Positions 18,032-27,795 are shown, counted from the first letter of the stretch. The stretch is DNA of 64,000 nucleotides from an uncultured Bacteroidota bacterium (GCA_902580855.1 CACHMF010000001.1:6319-70318); one strand, 5' to 3'. Made by a program: numbers and translations. The notes: generated by a model from the letters alone, not told the origin.

Positions 18032-19234
18032 ATGAAAAAGCATAAACCAGCTGATAGTATACAAGACATTCAATACTTTGGGGAATATGGTGGAGTAAAT
18101 CCTTCCGTTGCTGATTCCTCCACCTTCACATACTTGGCAGGGAAAACCATGGAAGAAGTATTTGGAGGAGAAAGAGAAGGTTGCTACCTATACTCAAGAC
18201 ATATGAATCCTAGTACAGCATACCTGGCAGAAGCAATTTCAAATATGGAGAATACAGAAGCTGCACAAGTAGCAGCATCTGGAATGGGAGCTATCACATC
18301 AGTATTACTACAAATTTGTGGTGCAGGTGATCACATAGTAAGTAGTAGAACTATTTACGGAGGGACTTACGCTTTCATGAAAAACTTTTTACCGAAACTA
18401 AACATCTCAACAAGTTTTGTAAACACTACAGATTTACAAGCTATTGAAGCTGCTATTATTCCTGCAACTAAATTGATTTATTGCGAAACAATGAGCAATC
18501 CTCTTTTGGAAATTGCTGACATTAAAGCGATTTCTGAAATAGCAAAAAAACATAACTTGAAACTAGTTGTTGACAACACATTCACCCCTCTTATTTTCTC
18601 ACCTAAAGAAATGGGTGCTGATGTAGTTGTACATTCGTTAACTAAATTTATTAACGGAGCAAGCGATACTGTTGGTGGTGTTATTTGTGGCGATGGAGCA
18701 TTTATCCATCAGTTAATCGATGTAAATGATGGTGCTTCTATGCTTTTAGGCCCTACTATGGATGCATTAAGAGCTAACGGCATTTTAAAAAATTTACGAA
18801 CTCTACACATCAGAATAAAACAACACAGTAAAAACGCACATTATCTTGCAAAAAAATTTTATGAGCTTGGACTTGATGTCTTTTATCCTGGATTACCAAA
18901 TCACCCTCAATATGAGTTAATGAAAGCTTCCATAAATGAAGAATTTGGCTTTGGAGGTATGCTAATGATTGACGCAGGCGATATGGAAAGAGCATATAAA
19001 CTTATGGAAGCTATGCAAAATAATAACATTGGATATTTAGCGGTAAGCTTAGGATTTTATAAAACATTATTCAGCGCTCCTGGTGCGAGCACATCATCTG
19101 AAATCCCAGAGGAAGAACAAAAAGAGATGGGGCTTTCAGAAGGAATGGTTCGTATTTCGGTGGGTTTAGATAATGATATTGAGCGTACATTCCAAAAAAT
19201 GAAGGCTTGCATGACAGAAACAGGTATATTATAA
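18032..19234 (+). CDS. Cys/Met-metabolism PLP-dependent enzyme (methionine gamma-lyase / cystathionine gamma-synthase family)
   Basis: 400 aa. YSRHMNPS, and PLP-lysine context HSLTKFINGASD. The family pattern runs throughout. Confidence 0.75.
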   Translation: MKKHKPADSIQDIQYFGEYGGVNPSVADSSTFTYLAGKTMEEVFGGEREGCYLYSRHMNPSTAYLAEAISNMENTEAAQVAASGMGAITSVLLQICGAGDHIVSSRTIYGGTYAFMKNFLPKLNISTSFVNTTDLQAIEAAIIPATKLIYCETMSNPLLEIADIKAISEIAKKHNLKLVVDNTFTPLIFSPKEMGADVVVHSLTKFINGASDTVGGVICGDGAFIHQLIDVNDGASMLLGPTMDALRANGILKNLRTLHIRIKQHSKNAHYLAKKFYELGLDVFYPGLPNHPQYELMKASINEEFGFGGMLMIDAGDMERAYKLMEAMQNNNIGYLAVSLGFYKTLFSAPGASTSSEIPEEEQKEMGLSEGMVRISVGLDNDIERTFQKMKACMTETGIL

Positions 19235-19251
19235 AATTTAGTTCATTCTAC

Positions 19252-19277
19252 AAAAGCCGCAAACTGCGGCTTTTTTA
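19252..19277 (+). terminator. Rho-independent terminator
   Basis: AGCCGC (19255-19260) / AAACT / GCGGCT (19266-19271) followed by TTTTT. Confidence 0.7.
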
Positions 19278-19333
19278 TTATGCTTGCTTTTGCTTTCCTG
19301 ATTATTATCTTTACGTAAATTAAACTTGAATTA

Positions 19334-20767
19334 ATGATGGAACAAAAAAATATTTCATTCTTTTGGGCTCTGTTCCCAATCCTTGTTTTAATAGCTCTTT
19401 TGGGCACTAATGTCTACTTGTATGGTGATGATTCTTTAGGGGGGGCAAATCAAATAGCTCTTTTTCTTACAGCTTTCTTAGCTACAATAGTTGGAATCAA
19501 CAATGGCACCACGTGGAAATCGATTATGAATGGAGTTAGCAAGAGTATTGCTTCCACTACTCCAGCCATACTCATTTTATTATTGATAGGTTCTTTAGCA
19601 GGAACCTGGCTTATTAGCGGAATCGTTCCAGCTATGATTTATTACGGCTTACAAATCCTAAACCCAAAAATTTTCCTTGTAGCTACTTGTATCATTTGCG
19701 CCATTGTTTCTTTAGCAACCGGTAGCTCTTGGTCTACAATTGCTACAATTGGAATTGCATTACTAGGAATAGGTAAAGCATTAGGGATATCAGAAGGATT
19801 GATTGGTGGAGCAATCATATCAGGTGCTTATTTTGGAGATAAAATGTCACCATTATCGGACACAACCAATCTAGCACCAGCTATGGCTGGAACAAATTTA
19901 TTTACTCATATCCGATATATGATGTATACCACTATTCCTAGCTACATCATTACACTAGTTATATTTCTATTTTTAGGTTTTGGAATTGAAGATAATAACA
20001 ATCAAAACATTCAAGAACTCTTAACAGCTATTAAAAATAGCTTCAACATTTCTGCATGGCTCTTCTTAGTTCCAGTTTCAATTATTGCAATGATAATTAA
20101 AAAGATGCCGGCTCTTCCAGCACTTTTAATCGGGACACTTTTAGGTGGAGTTTTTGCTGTTATTTTTCAACCTCACATTATAACACAAATTTCTGGAATT
20201 GAAGAAAATTCAATTCAAGCATCCTATATTGCTGTTATGAATGCTATGAGTGGAGAAACTTCTATCACAACAAGTAATCTAATGATTAACGATTTACTAT
20301 CTACTGATGGAATGTACGGCATGCTGAATGCTATCTGGCTAATTATTTGCGCTATGATGTTTGGTGGTGTTATGGAAGCTACAGGTCTACTCAACAAAAT
20401 CAGTTCAACTATCATACAGTATGCTGAAAGTACTGGATCTGTCATTGCTACCACAGCGTGCACATGTCTCTTTTTCAATGTGACTGCAAGCGACCAATAT
20501 CTCAGTATTGTTGTTCCAGGTAGAATGTACGCTGATACATTTAAAGAAAAAGGACTAGCTCCTGAGAATTTAAGTAGAACATTAGAAGACAGCGGAACTG
20601 TCACTTCAGTACTAATTCCTTGGAATACTTGTGGAGCCACACAGTCTGCTGTTTTAGGTGTAGCCACCTTTGCTTACTTACCCTTTTGTTTTTTCAATAT
20701 CATCAGTCCATTTATGACTATTTTTTATGGATACTTAGGTATTAAAATCAGAAAAATAAATGGATAG
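19334..20767 (+). CDS. NhaC-family Na+/H+ antiporter-type transporter
   Basis: 477 aa, multi-pass membrane protein with NhaC-like conserved blocks (SPLSDTTNLAP, GTVTSVLIPWNTCG). Confidence 0.75.
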   Translation: MMEQKNISFFWALFPILVLIALLGTNVYLYGDDSLGGANQIALFLTAFLATIVGINNGTTWKSIMNGVSKSIASTTPAILILLLIGSLAGTWLISGIVPAMIYYGLQILNPKIFLVATCIICAIVSLATGSSWSTIATIGIALLGIGKALGISEGLIGGAIISGAYFGDKMSPLSDTTNLAPAMAGTNLFTHIRYMMYTTIPSYIITLVIFLFLGFGIEDNNNQNIQELLTAIKNSFNISAWLFLVPVSIIAMIIKKMPALPALLIGTLLGGVFAVIFQPHIITQISGIEENSIQASYIAVMNAMSGETSITTSNLMINDLLSTDGMYGMLNAIWLIICAMMFGGVMEATGLLNKISSTIIQYAESTGSVIATTACTCLFFNVTASDQYLSIVVPGRMYADTFKEKGLAPENLSRTLEDSGTVTSVLIPWNTCGATQSAVLGVATFAYLPFCFFNIISPFMTIFYGYLGIKIRKING

Positions 20768-22136
20768 AAAACACTTTATAAAATCGATAGCAAGTGTATC
20801 GGTCTTTCTAGGACTGCCTTTAGGAGCTAATGCTAGCATACAAGAAATAAACTCTCAACTAGCAGAAGAAAGAGGAAATGGCTCTATGATTGGGTTTAAT
20901 ACTTCACCAATCGAAAAGGTACGTGTCGGAATTATTGGGCTTGGCAACAGAGGAATGGTTTTATTAAAGATGTTTGAGTGGCTAATTCAAAATAATAAAG
21001 CTGAGATTGTAGCTCTTTGTGATTTAAAAGAAGAGAAGACTCAAAAAGCAGCAGACTTTGTTTCAAAACATCAGAGTAAGAAAGCCATACAATACACAGG
21101 GAAAAATACTTGGGAAACGGTAGCTAAAAAAGATGATATTGACTTACTTATTATCGCCACTCCTTGGAAGTGGCATACTCCTATGGCTATTTACGGAATG
21201 GAAAATGGTAAACATGTAGCCGTAGAAGTACCTATCTCCTATACTATCGAAGACTGCTGGAAAATTATTGAAACAACAGAGCGCACAAAAAAGCACTGCA
21301 TCATGTTGGAAAACTGCAATTACAATGATGAAGAGCTCTTTGTCTTAAACATGGTAGAACAAGGTATTTTTGGAGAATTAACACATGCTGAATGTGCTTA
21401 TATTCATGATTTAAGAAAGCTATTATTAGATGAACATTATTATGAAGATCAATGGCGTTTAAAACACCATCAAGAAAGAGATGGTAATTTTTACACCACA
21501 CATGGAATTGGTCCAGTAAGCTTTTACTACAAAATTGGAAGAGGCGATATGTATACACACCTCACCTCAATGAGCTCTAAAGAAGTTGCATTAAGCGAAG
21601 CTGCACAAAGACAAGGGAAAGATATGAAGATTACGTGTGGCGACATGAATACAACTCTTCTAAAAACAGCAAAAGGAAGAACCGTAATGATGCAGTTTGA
21701 TGTACACACAGGAAGACCATATGACCGCATCAACAAACTATGCGGAACCAAAGCAGTACATAACGGCTACCCAAGCAGATTGTATATTGACAAAAAAGAG
21801 CTAGCATATTGGGGACATCAGTGGCTTAATCAAAAAGAATACCAAGCTTATCGCAACAAATACACCCACCCAATGATTACACAGTTACGCAGTAAAATGA
21901 AACTATTCAAAGAAGGGCATGGCGGTATGGATTTCGTAATGATTTACCGACTCATCAGCTGTCTAAATAAAGGCCTTCCACTAGATATGAATGTTTATGA
22001 CGGGATTATTTGGAGTGCAATCACCCCTCTTTCAGAAATATCTGTTGCAAGTAATAGTAATCCTATAAAAATGCCTGATTTTATGGGAGGAAAATGGAAA
22101 GAAGAGCAAGATTTAGAGATTATGCGATCTATTTAA
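20760..22136 (+). CDS. Gfo/Idh/MocA-family NAD-dependent oxidoreductase-fold protein, GH109 (alpha-N-acetylgalactosaminidase)-like
   Basis: 458 aa. Signal-like N-terminus MDRKHFIKSIASVSVFLGLPLGANA, Rossmann motif GIIGLGNRG, ENCNY and YIHDLR blocks. The start overlaps the nhaC stop by 8 nt. Confidence 0.6.
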   Translation: MDRKHFIKSIASVSVFLGLPLGANASIQEINSQLAEERGNGSMIGFNTSPIEKVRVGIIGLGNRGMVLLKMFEWLIQNNKAEIVALCDLKEEKTQKAADFVSKHQSKKAIQYTGKNTWETVAKKDDIDLLIIATPWKWHTPMAIYGMENGKHVAVEVPISYTIEDCWKIIETTERTKKHCIMLENCNYNDEELFVLNMVEQGIFGELTHAECAYIHDLRKLLLDEHYYEDQWRLKHHQERDGNFYTTHGIGPVSFYYKIGRGDMYTHLTSMSSKEVALSEAAQRQGKDMKITCGDMNTTLLKTAKGRTVMMQFDVHTGRPYDRINKLCGTKAVHNGYPSRLYIDKKELAYWGHQWLNQKEYQAYRNKYTHPMITQLRSKMKLFKEGHGGMDFVMIYRLISCLNKGLPLDMNVYDGIIWSAITPLSEISVASNSNPIKMPDFMGGKWKEEQDLEIMRSI

Positions 22137-23256
22137 TCATATCTTGGATTGTCTGAACAAAGATTTTCCAATTAAATCTTTTTTTCTCTTCCTTGGTGTT
22201 TGCAGCAAATTCCTTTTCTCTATTGTTGGTGTAAAAATCATCAATAGCATCCGCTACTGAATTTGGCTCTGTAGAAGTTACATAACCTGACTTTTTATGT
22301 GGTATAATTTCGGCTAAACCACCTACATCGGTCACCAACATTGGACGTTCAAAATGATACCCAATTTGTGTTACACCACTTTGGGTAGCCGTTCTATACG
22401 TCTGTACTATCATATCGGCAGCACAGAAATAGTATTTCACTTCTTCAGAAGGGATGAAATCACTTCTTAAAATAACTTGATTTTGAATTCCTAAATCAGT
22501 TATTAGATCATGATATTCCTGAGGGTCATCATAAAACTCCCCTGCAACGATCAATTTTACATCTTTTAAACGTTCGTCAGATAATGCCTTCAGCAAAATA
22601 TCTAAACCTTTGTACTTACGAACGAATCCAAAAAACAACAAATGCTTCTCTACAGGATTCAACTCTAAATGTTGTAAAGCAATAGTTTTATCCACTTGCT
22701 CTCCGAAAACATCATAAATAGGATGTGGAATAAACTGTTTGTTACTACAGTTTGTAAACTTGGACAAATCATCTAAAACACTGGACGAAAGGGTTACAAA
22801 ACCATCACATGATTTTACAAAATAAGAAGTCAATAGATTATCTCCTATTCTCTTTTCATGAGGAATCACATTATCTGTAATAGCTAATACTTGAATATTC
22901 GTTCCCCACTTTACCAATCGAGCAATCGTTCCTAAGCAAGGCCCCATAAATGGCAACCAATAACGGATAATGATATAATCAGGGTTTTCTTTTCTAATCT
23001 CTTTAGCAACCTTCCACCAATTCAATGGATTGATAGAATTGATAATGATTTTGATAGTAAATCCTTGAGGTGCCTCCCCTTCTTCAAATTGTGTTTTTCC
23101 TGGAAATAAAAAAGAAGGGTACTGGAGGGAAAAAGAATAAATTTGAGAATCTATTCCTTCAGCAACAAATGCCTTGCAAAGTGCATTGTTAAAATTGGCA
23201 ATCCCACCACGCAGAGGAAACGCTGGACCAAGAATAATATTTTTAGAAGTTGCCAC
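22129..23256 (-). CDS. Glycosyltransferase family 4
   Basis: 375 aa, GT-B pattern (FFGFVRKYKGLDILL..., GVTQIGYHFERPMLVTDVGGLAE). Its 3' end overlaps the convergent GH109-like gene by 8 nt. Confidence 0.75.
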   Translation of the reverse strand: MATSKNIILGPAFPLRGGIANFNNALCKAFVAEGIDSQIYSFSLQYPSFLFPGKTQFEEGEAPQGFTIKIIINSINPLNWWKVAKEIRKENPDYIIIRYWLPFMGPCLGTIARLVKWGTNIQVLAITDNVIPHEKRIGDNLLTSYFVKSCDGFVTLSSSVLDDLSKFTNCSNKQFIPHPIYDVFGEQVDKTIALQHLELNPVEKHLLFFGFVRKYKGLDILLKALSDERLKDVKLIVAGEFYDDPQEYHDLITDLGIQNQVILRSDFIPSEEVKYYFCAADMIVQTYRTATQSGVTQIGYHFERPMLVTDVGGLAEIIPHKKSGYVTSTEPNSVADAIDDFYTNNREKEFAANTKEEKKRFNWKIFVQTIQDMIK

Positions 23257-24203
23257 TATAGCTCTTCCTCTATATGGTAGAAGTTACGATCATGCGCTTG
23301 GCGTGATAACATTTCTCCAACAAATCCTGCTAAGAATAATTGAAGTCCCATAATCATTGAAGTTAAGGCGATGTAAAAACCGCTCATCTCAGCAATATTT
23401 TTAGCACTCACTTCCATATACATATAATATAGCTTTGCACCTCCTATGTAGGTAAAAAATATAAAACCTAGCATAAACATAATTGTACCTAAAACACCAA
23501 AAAAGTGCATTGGTTTTTTACCAAATCTAGACAAGAAAGTAACGGTCATCAAATCTAGAAATCCGTTCACAAATCGTTCTAAACCAAACTTGGTCACTCC
23601 ATATTTTCTTGCTTGATGTTTTACTACTTTTTCTCCTATTTTCGGGAATCCAGCACGCTTTGACAACATGGGCATATAGCGATGCATTTCGCCATATACC
23701 TCAATACTTTTCACTACAGCATTTCTGTATGCTTTTAATCCACAGTTGAAGTCATTCAAGTAAATTCCAGAAGCCTTACGGGCGGCCCAATTGTATAATT
23801 TTGTAGGAACTGTTTTCGTGATTGGATCGTATCGTTTCTGCTTCCAACCCGAAACCATATCAAAACCATCCTCAGTAATCATTCTATACAATTCTGGAAT
23901 CTCATCAGGACTATCTTGTAAATCAGCATCCATTGTGATAATGACATCTCCTTGCGCTTTTTCAAAGCCCCTATTAAGTGCCGCTGATTTTCCGTAATTT
24001 CTTCTAAACTTGATTCCTTTTATAGATTTATTAGAAGCTGACAATTCTCTTAACACAGACCAAGTATTATCCCCACTACCATCATCTACTAAAATGACTT
24101 CGTAGGTGAAGCTATGGGTATGCATCACTTTATCTATCCAAGCACATAATTCTGGCAAGGATTCTGCTTCATTGAAAGAAGGAACTACTACCGAAATATC
24201 CAT
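23256..24203 (-). CDS. GT2 polyprenol-phosphate glycosyltransferase (GtrB / DPM1 / ArnC-like) with two C-terminal TM helices
   Basis: 315 aa. ISVVVPSFNE, VDDGSGDNT and DADLQD motifs, and C-terminal helices ending in ...GFVGEMLSR, as in GtrB-type enzymes. Confidence 0.8.
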   Translation of the reverse strand: MDISVVVPSFNEAESLPELCAWIDKVMHTHSFTYEVILVDDGSGDNTWSVLRELSASNKSIKGIKFRRNYGKSAALNRGFEKAQGDVIITMDADLQDSPDEIPELYRMITEDGFDMVSGWKQKRYDPITKTVPTKLYNWAARKASGIYLNDFNCGLKAYRNAVVKSIEVYGEMHRYMPMLSKRAGFPKIGEKVVKHQARKYGVTKFGLERFVNGFLDLMTVTFLSRFGKKPMHFFGVLGTIMFMLGFIFFTYIGGAKLYYMYMEVSAKNIAEMSGFYIALTSMIMGLQLFLAGFVGEMLSRQAHDRNFYHIEEEL

Positions 24204-24719
24204 TTACGCTTTAAATTCAGATTTATTACGCTTTAAGAAAGCAGAAGTTAAAAGTGAGAAAAGGAAACCCATCAATGTTCCTGACAAAAGAGCCATAAGA
24301 GACATCATTGTGGGGGTTAAGAATTTTTCAGTCATTGATAAAGCCATCTCCATTTCATCATCTGAAATATTCGGGTTTTGCTGAAAAATTTCTTCTTCAC
24401 TCTTTAACAAAATCTCCGCTATCATATCAGGATTTATAAACTCTGCATAAAAATATACATAAAAAGAAGAAATTACAGTTGAGAAAAAAACTATTGAAGT
24501 ACCTAACTTTAATGCTTCAGAATATGAAATAAATCCATTTGAGATTTGTTCTCGATAAGTATAGGTTCCATAAATTATAAAAGTGAAATAAACTATGTAA
24601 TTAATAATAGTCACCCACTTGGCATTCATCGGATCAATTCCCAATTGTTCTAAAACGATTGAAAAAGCTACGAGGATTAACCCCATAATAGCTCCATAAT
24701 TCATTGCAAATTTTCTCAT
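24204..24719 (-). CDS. DUF4199-family multi-pass membrane protein
   Basis: 171 aa, about 4 hydrophobic segments. Abuts the GT2 gene with zero spacing. Confidence 0.6.
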   Translation of the reverse strand: MRKFAMNYGAIMGLILVAFSIVLEQLGIDPMNAKWVTIINYIVYFTFIIYGTYTYREQISNGFISYSEALKLGTSIVFFSTVISSFYVYFYAEFINPDMIAEILLKSEEEIFQQNPNISDDEMEMALSMTEKFLTPTMMSLMALLSGTLMGFLFSLLTSAFLKRNKSEFKA

Positions 24720-24809
24720 CTTATTTTTTTATCAATACGGACAAATATAGCCAAAAAATCACCATAGAATTTTGTCAATAAAAGAGATTGTCAGCGTAAG
24801 CAATTGCAT

Positions 24810-24817
24810 TATATTTG
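24810..24817 (+). promoter_or_regulatory. -7 box (TATATTTG) for the SRP RNA
   Basis: Exact TAnnTTTG about 5-8 nt upstream of the first base of the SRP RNA helix. ATTG lies 19 nt further upstream as a -33-like element. Confidence 0.5.
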
Positions 24818-24821
24818 CTGC

Positions 24822-24925
24822 CGGGCAAGTCTCACACGACCAGCTCCTGCAGAACTCCCCCAGGACCGGAAGGTAGCAAGGGTATGTGGTTGTAGCGGTG
24901 CGATGTGAGTAGCTTGCCCTTCTTT
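24822..24925 (+). ncRNA. ffs: Signal recognition particle RNA, small (4.5S) type
   Basis: A long hairpin pairs GGGCAAGTCTCACA with TGTGAGTAGCTTGCCC. The apical conserved domain IV sequence is CCAGGACCGGAAGGTAGCAAG, and a T-run (24922-24928) follows. Confidence 0.85.
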
Positions 24926-24963
24926 TTTCCCTATCTTTACTTTTGAGCAAACATTTTCAGGCA

Positions 24964-25620
24964 ATGAAATTCTTTTTAGATACAGCTAATTTAAAGCAAA
25001 TACAAGAAGTACAAAATTTAGGTATATTAGATGGAGTTACCACCAACCCTTCTTTAATTGCTAAGGAAGGTATTAAAGGAGATGTAAACATTAAACAACG
25101 CTATATTGATATTTGCAACTTAGTAGGTGGAGATGTTAGTGCGGAAGTTATTGCAACTGATTTTGAAGAAATAATAAAAGAAGGAGAAGAGTTAGCTAAA
25201 CTTCACCATCAGATTATAGTGAAAGTTCCAATGATTAAAGAGGGTATTAAAGCCATCAATTACTTTTCTAAAAACGGAATAAAAACAAATTGTACGCTTA
25301 TTTTTTCGGCAGGACAAGCACTACTAGCAGCTAAAGCAGGAGCTACTTATGTTTCCCCATTTATCGGAAGACTAGACGATATTGGGGAAAGTGGTATTGA
25401 TTTGATTACACAAATCTGTAATATTTTCAAACTACACAGTTTTGATACACAAGTTTTGGCTGCTTCAATTCGTAGTAAAGAACACATCATACAATGTGCT
25501 GAAGCAGGTGCCGATGTAGTTACCACTCCATTGGCTCCCATTTTGGAATTATTAAAACATGATTTAACGGATAAAGGTCTTACTAAATTCTTAGAAGACC
25601 ACGCAAAAAACAACAGCTAA
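24964..25620 (+). CDS. fsa: Transaldolase type 3B / fructose-6-phosphate aldolase
   Basis: The ATG at 24964 gives MKFFLDTANL...GVTTNPSL, and the Schiff-base lysine context is IVKVPM. The ORF-track TTG start at 24943 lies only about 15-18 nt downstream of the SRP RNA 3' end and T-run (24925-24928). Confidence 0.85.
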   Translation: MKFFLDTANLKQIQEVQNLGILDGVTTNPSLIAKEGIKGDVNIKQRYIDICNLVGGDVSAEVIATDFEEIIKEGEELAKLHHQIIVKVPMIKEGIKAINYFSKNGIKTNCTLIFSAGQALLAAKAGATYVSPFIGRLDDIGESGIDLITQICNIFKLHSFDTQVLAASIRSKEHIIQCAEAGADVVTTPLAPILELLKHDLTDKGLTKFLEDHAKNNS

Positions 25621-26240
25621 TGCTCCTAAAAATATATCCAGAAAATCCTAATGAGAAAAAAATTCAACAAGTAGTAGAATGCCTAAAAGATGGCGGAGTT
25701 ATCATATACCCTACTGATACAGTTTATGGATTAGGCTGTGATATTTTTAAGCAAAAGGCTGTTGAGAAAATTGCAAGCATTAAAAAAGTAAATATAAAAA
25801 AACACAACTTTTCTTTTATATGCTCTGATCTAAGTCATCTTTCGGACTTTACTAAACCAATGGACAGAAGCACTTACAAACTGATGAAAAAAGCACTGCC
25901 TGGTGCGTTCACCTTTATCTTAAATGCTAACAACACTATTCCAAAGCTCTTTAAAAACAACAGAAAAACTATCGGGATTCGAGTACCTAATCATAATATA
26001 CCTAGAAACATTGTAGAGTTATTAGGAAACCCAATTCTGACCACCTCTATACGTGATGACGACAGTATTGTAGAATACAGCACCGACCCCGAACTGATTT
26101 ACGAAAAATACAAAAAACAAGTTGATATTGTTATTGATTGTGGTTATGGAAATCTTGTTCCATCTACAATTGTAGATTGCTCCAAAGTTGAAATTGAAAT
26201 AATCCGACAAGGACTAGGTAAATTAGACAGATTGCTTTAA
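25620..26240 (+). CDS. yciO: YciO-subfamily member of the YrdC/TsaC (Sua5) fold
   Basis: 206 aa. Collinear by eye with E. coli YciO (IYPEN..., GGVIIYPTDTVYGLGC, HNFSFIC.DLS, RKTIGIRVP, KQVDIVIDCGY). Confidence 0.65.
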   Translation: MLLKIYPENPNEKKIQQVVECLKDGGVIIYPTDTVYGLGCDIFKQKAVEKIASIKKVNIKKHNFSFICSDLSHLSDFTKPMDRSTYKLMKKALPGAFTFILNANNTIPKLFKNNRKTIGIRVPNHNIPRNIVELLGNPILTTSIRDDDSIVEYSTDPELIYEKYKKQVDIVIDCGYGNLVPSTIVDCSKVEIEIIRQGLGKLDRLL

Positions 26241-26813
26241 TATTAAAGCATGTACTTCTAAAACTTGAGGAATGAGTAATTGCTTTTCATCATTTGAAAT
26301 ATGAAAATCTGCAAGAGCAATTTTTCTACTTTGGTGCCATTGTTTGCTCATTCGCCCTAACACCTGAGATTCTGTAACATTATCTCTTTGCATAATTCGC
26401 TTCTTTCGTAAATCATTCGTAGCAGAAACACAAACAATTTGATCTAATTCTTTATCAGAACCACTCTCAAAAAGAATAGCTGCCTCTTTCAAAACATAAT
26501 AAGTATTTTGTGTTAAACACCAATCTTTAAACACTTTTTGAACAGCAGGGTGCACTAATCGATTGATTGTATGTAAAGCTGTATTATCATTAAAAATGAT
26601 ACTCGCTAGACGATCTTTTTGCAGCTTCTTATCAATATAGATGTCATTGCCGAAAGTTGCTTTAAGCTGCTTTATTAAAGTAGGATCTGACTGCATACAT
26701 TTTTTAGCCTCTAAATCGGCATAGAAAACAGGTACGCCCAAATGTTCGAAAACTTTAGCAACTGTAGTTTTACCACTTCCAATACCACCTGTCAAGCCTA
26801 TTTTAAGCATCAC
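26223..26813 (-). CDS. coaE: Dephospho-CoA kinase
   Basis: 196 aa. P-loop GLTGGIGSGKTTVA. Its 3' end overlaps the convergent yciO-like gene by 18 nt. Confidence 0.9.
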   Translation of the reverse strand: MMLKIGLTGGIGSGKTTVAKVFEHLGVPVFYADLEAKKCMQSDPTLIKQLKATFGNDIYIDKKLQKDRLASIIFNDNTALHTINRLVHPAVQKVFKDWCLTQNTYYVLKEAAILFESGSDKELDQIVCVSATNDLRKKRIMQRDNVTESQVLGRMSKQWHQSRKIALADFHISNDEKQLLIPQVLEVHALILKQSV

Positions 26814-27793
26814 TTTTCAATTAATATATACTCCACTTTTGTTGGGCTTAAACGGATATTATCTACTAAATCAGACTCTTTATTTAGTTTTATCGTTAAT
26901 CTTGCCTTTTCTGAATCATAATTCACTTGAGCCTTAAACATTTTTTCTTCTACCAAATCAAAATCATCTAGGGAAACAACATAATGTACCGAAACTTCTT
27001 CAGGAAACAATTTCAATTCGTAACCTTTTGGAACGCTACTTACTTGAATTGGAATTATTGCTTTTCCTTCTGTAAACTGTTCAATATTTACTTGATATGC
27101 TACCTCTTGATGACTATAAGTTAACTCCTTGTGCCTTGGCTCCTCTAAAGGAATAATTCCTTGAGCAGATTTTGCAAGGTTTTGTAAATTTAATTCTTGA
27201 GTAGAAATAGATTCTATCACTTCCACAACTATCTTAGGTCCAGAAACAGTAATGTGATCAGGCTGTAGCTGAATTTTCCCTTTCTGTCTAAATAATCGGT
27301 CAAAACTTATATCCGATTTTAATGAAATAGGAATGACTTTTTGTGACTTTTCTGCGAAAATTAAATTAATACGATTAGGTTGCACGTGTAACAATTGCAT
27401 ATTAGTTGGTAAAGCTTCTTGTAATTCCGATAAAGATTGATCTCCTATCCAAAAATACTCCCAAGTTTTACCCTTACGCTTTATCATAAAATTGTCTATA
27501 TTCAAAGGAATTGTACTAAAAAAATTAAACTTATGAGCTAAAAGCGCAAATCCAGGTGCTTTTACTTGCATTTGTAGTATCACATCATTTTCTTCAACAA
27601 GCAACTTATCCATTGGGTAGTTTTCAAACTCAACTGAAGAAGAAATGGTAGCTGTATATTCTTTGGATAAAACTGTAAGCACCCAAAAAACAGTAGACAA
27701 ACCAATCAGAAAGAAAAAAATAGGCAACTGAGAACGCTCTATTTTCAATAGGTCAATAAGCTGAAAAAAAAATTTTTTTAATTGGTTTGACAT
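26810..27793 (-). CDS. YbbR-like domain-containing membrane-anchored protein
   Basis: 327 aa, N-terminal TM, repeated beta-rich YbbR-like modules. It sits in the conserved position between yajC and coaE. Confidence 0.55.
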   Translation of the reverse strand: MSNQLKKFFFQLIDLLKIERSQLPIFFFLIGLSTVFWVLTVLSKEYTATISSSVEFENYPMDKLLVEENDVILQMQVKAPGFALLAHKFNFFSTIPLNIDNFMIKRKGKTWEYFWIGDQSLSELQEALPTNMQLLHVQPNRINLIFAEKSQKVIPISLKSDISFDRLFRQKGKIQLQPDHITVSGPKIVVEVIESISTQELNLQNLAKSAQGIIPLEEPRHKELTYSHQEVAYQVNIEQFTEGKAIIPIQVSSVPKGYELKLFPEEVSVHYVVSLDDFDLVEEKMFKAQVNYDSEKARLTIKLNKESDLVDNIRLSPTKVEYILIEK

Positions 27794-27795
27794 AG

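Noticed and set aside
24759-24950. 63-aa ORF on the - strand in the gap between DUF4199 and fsa.
   Set aside because: It lies exactly antisense to a sequence that folds as the 4.5S/SRP RNA, with the conserved CCAGGACCGGAAGGTAGCAAG apex, its own promoter box and a T-run. The peptide is R/C/T-rich nonsense, so I do not treat it as coding.
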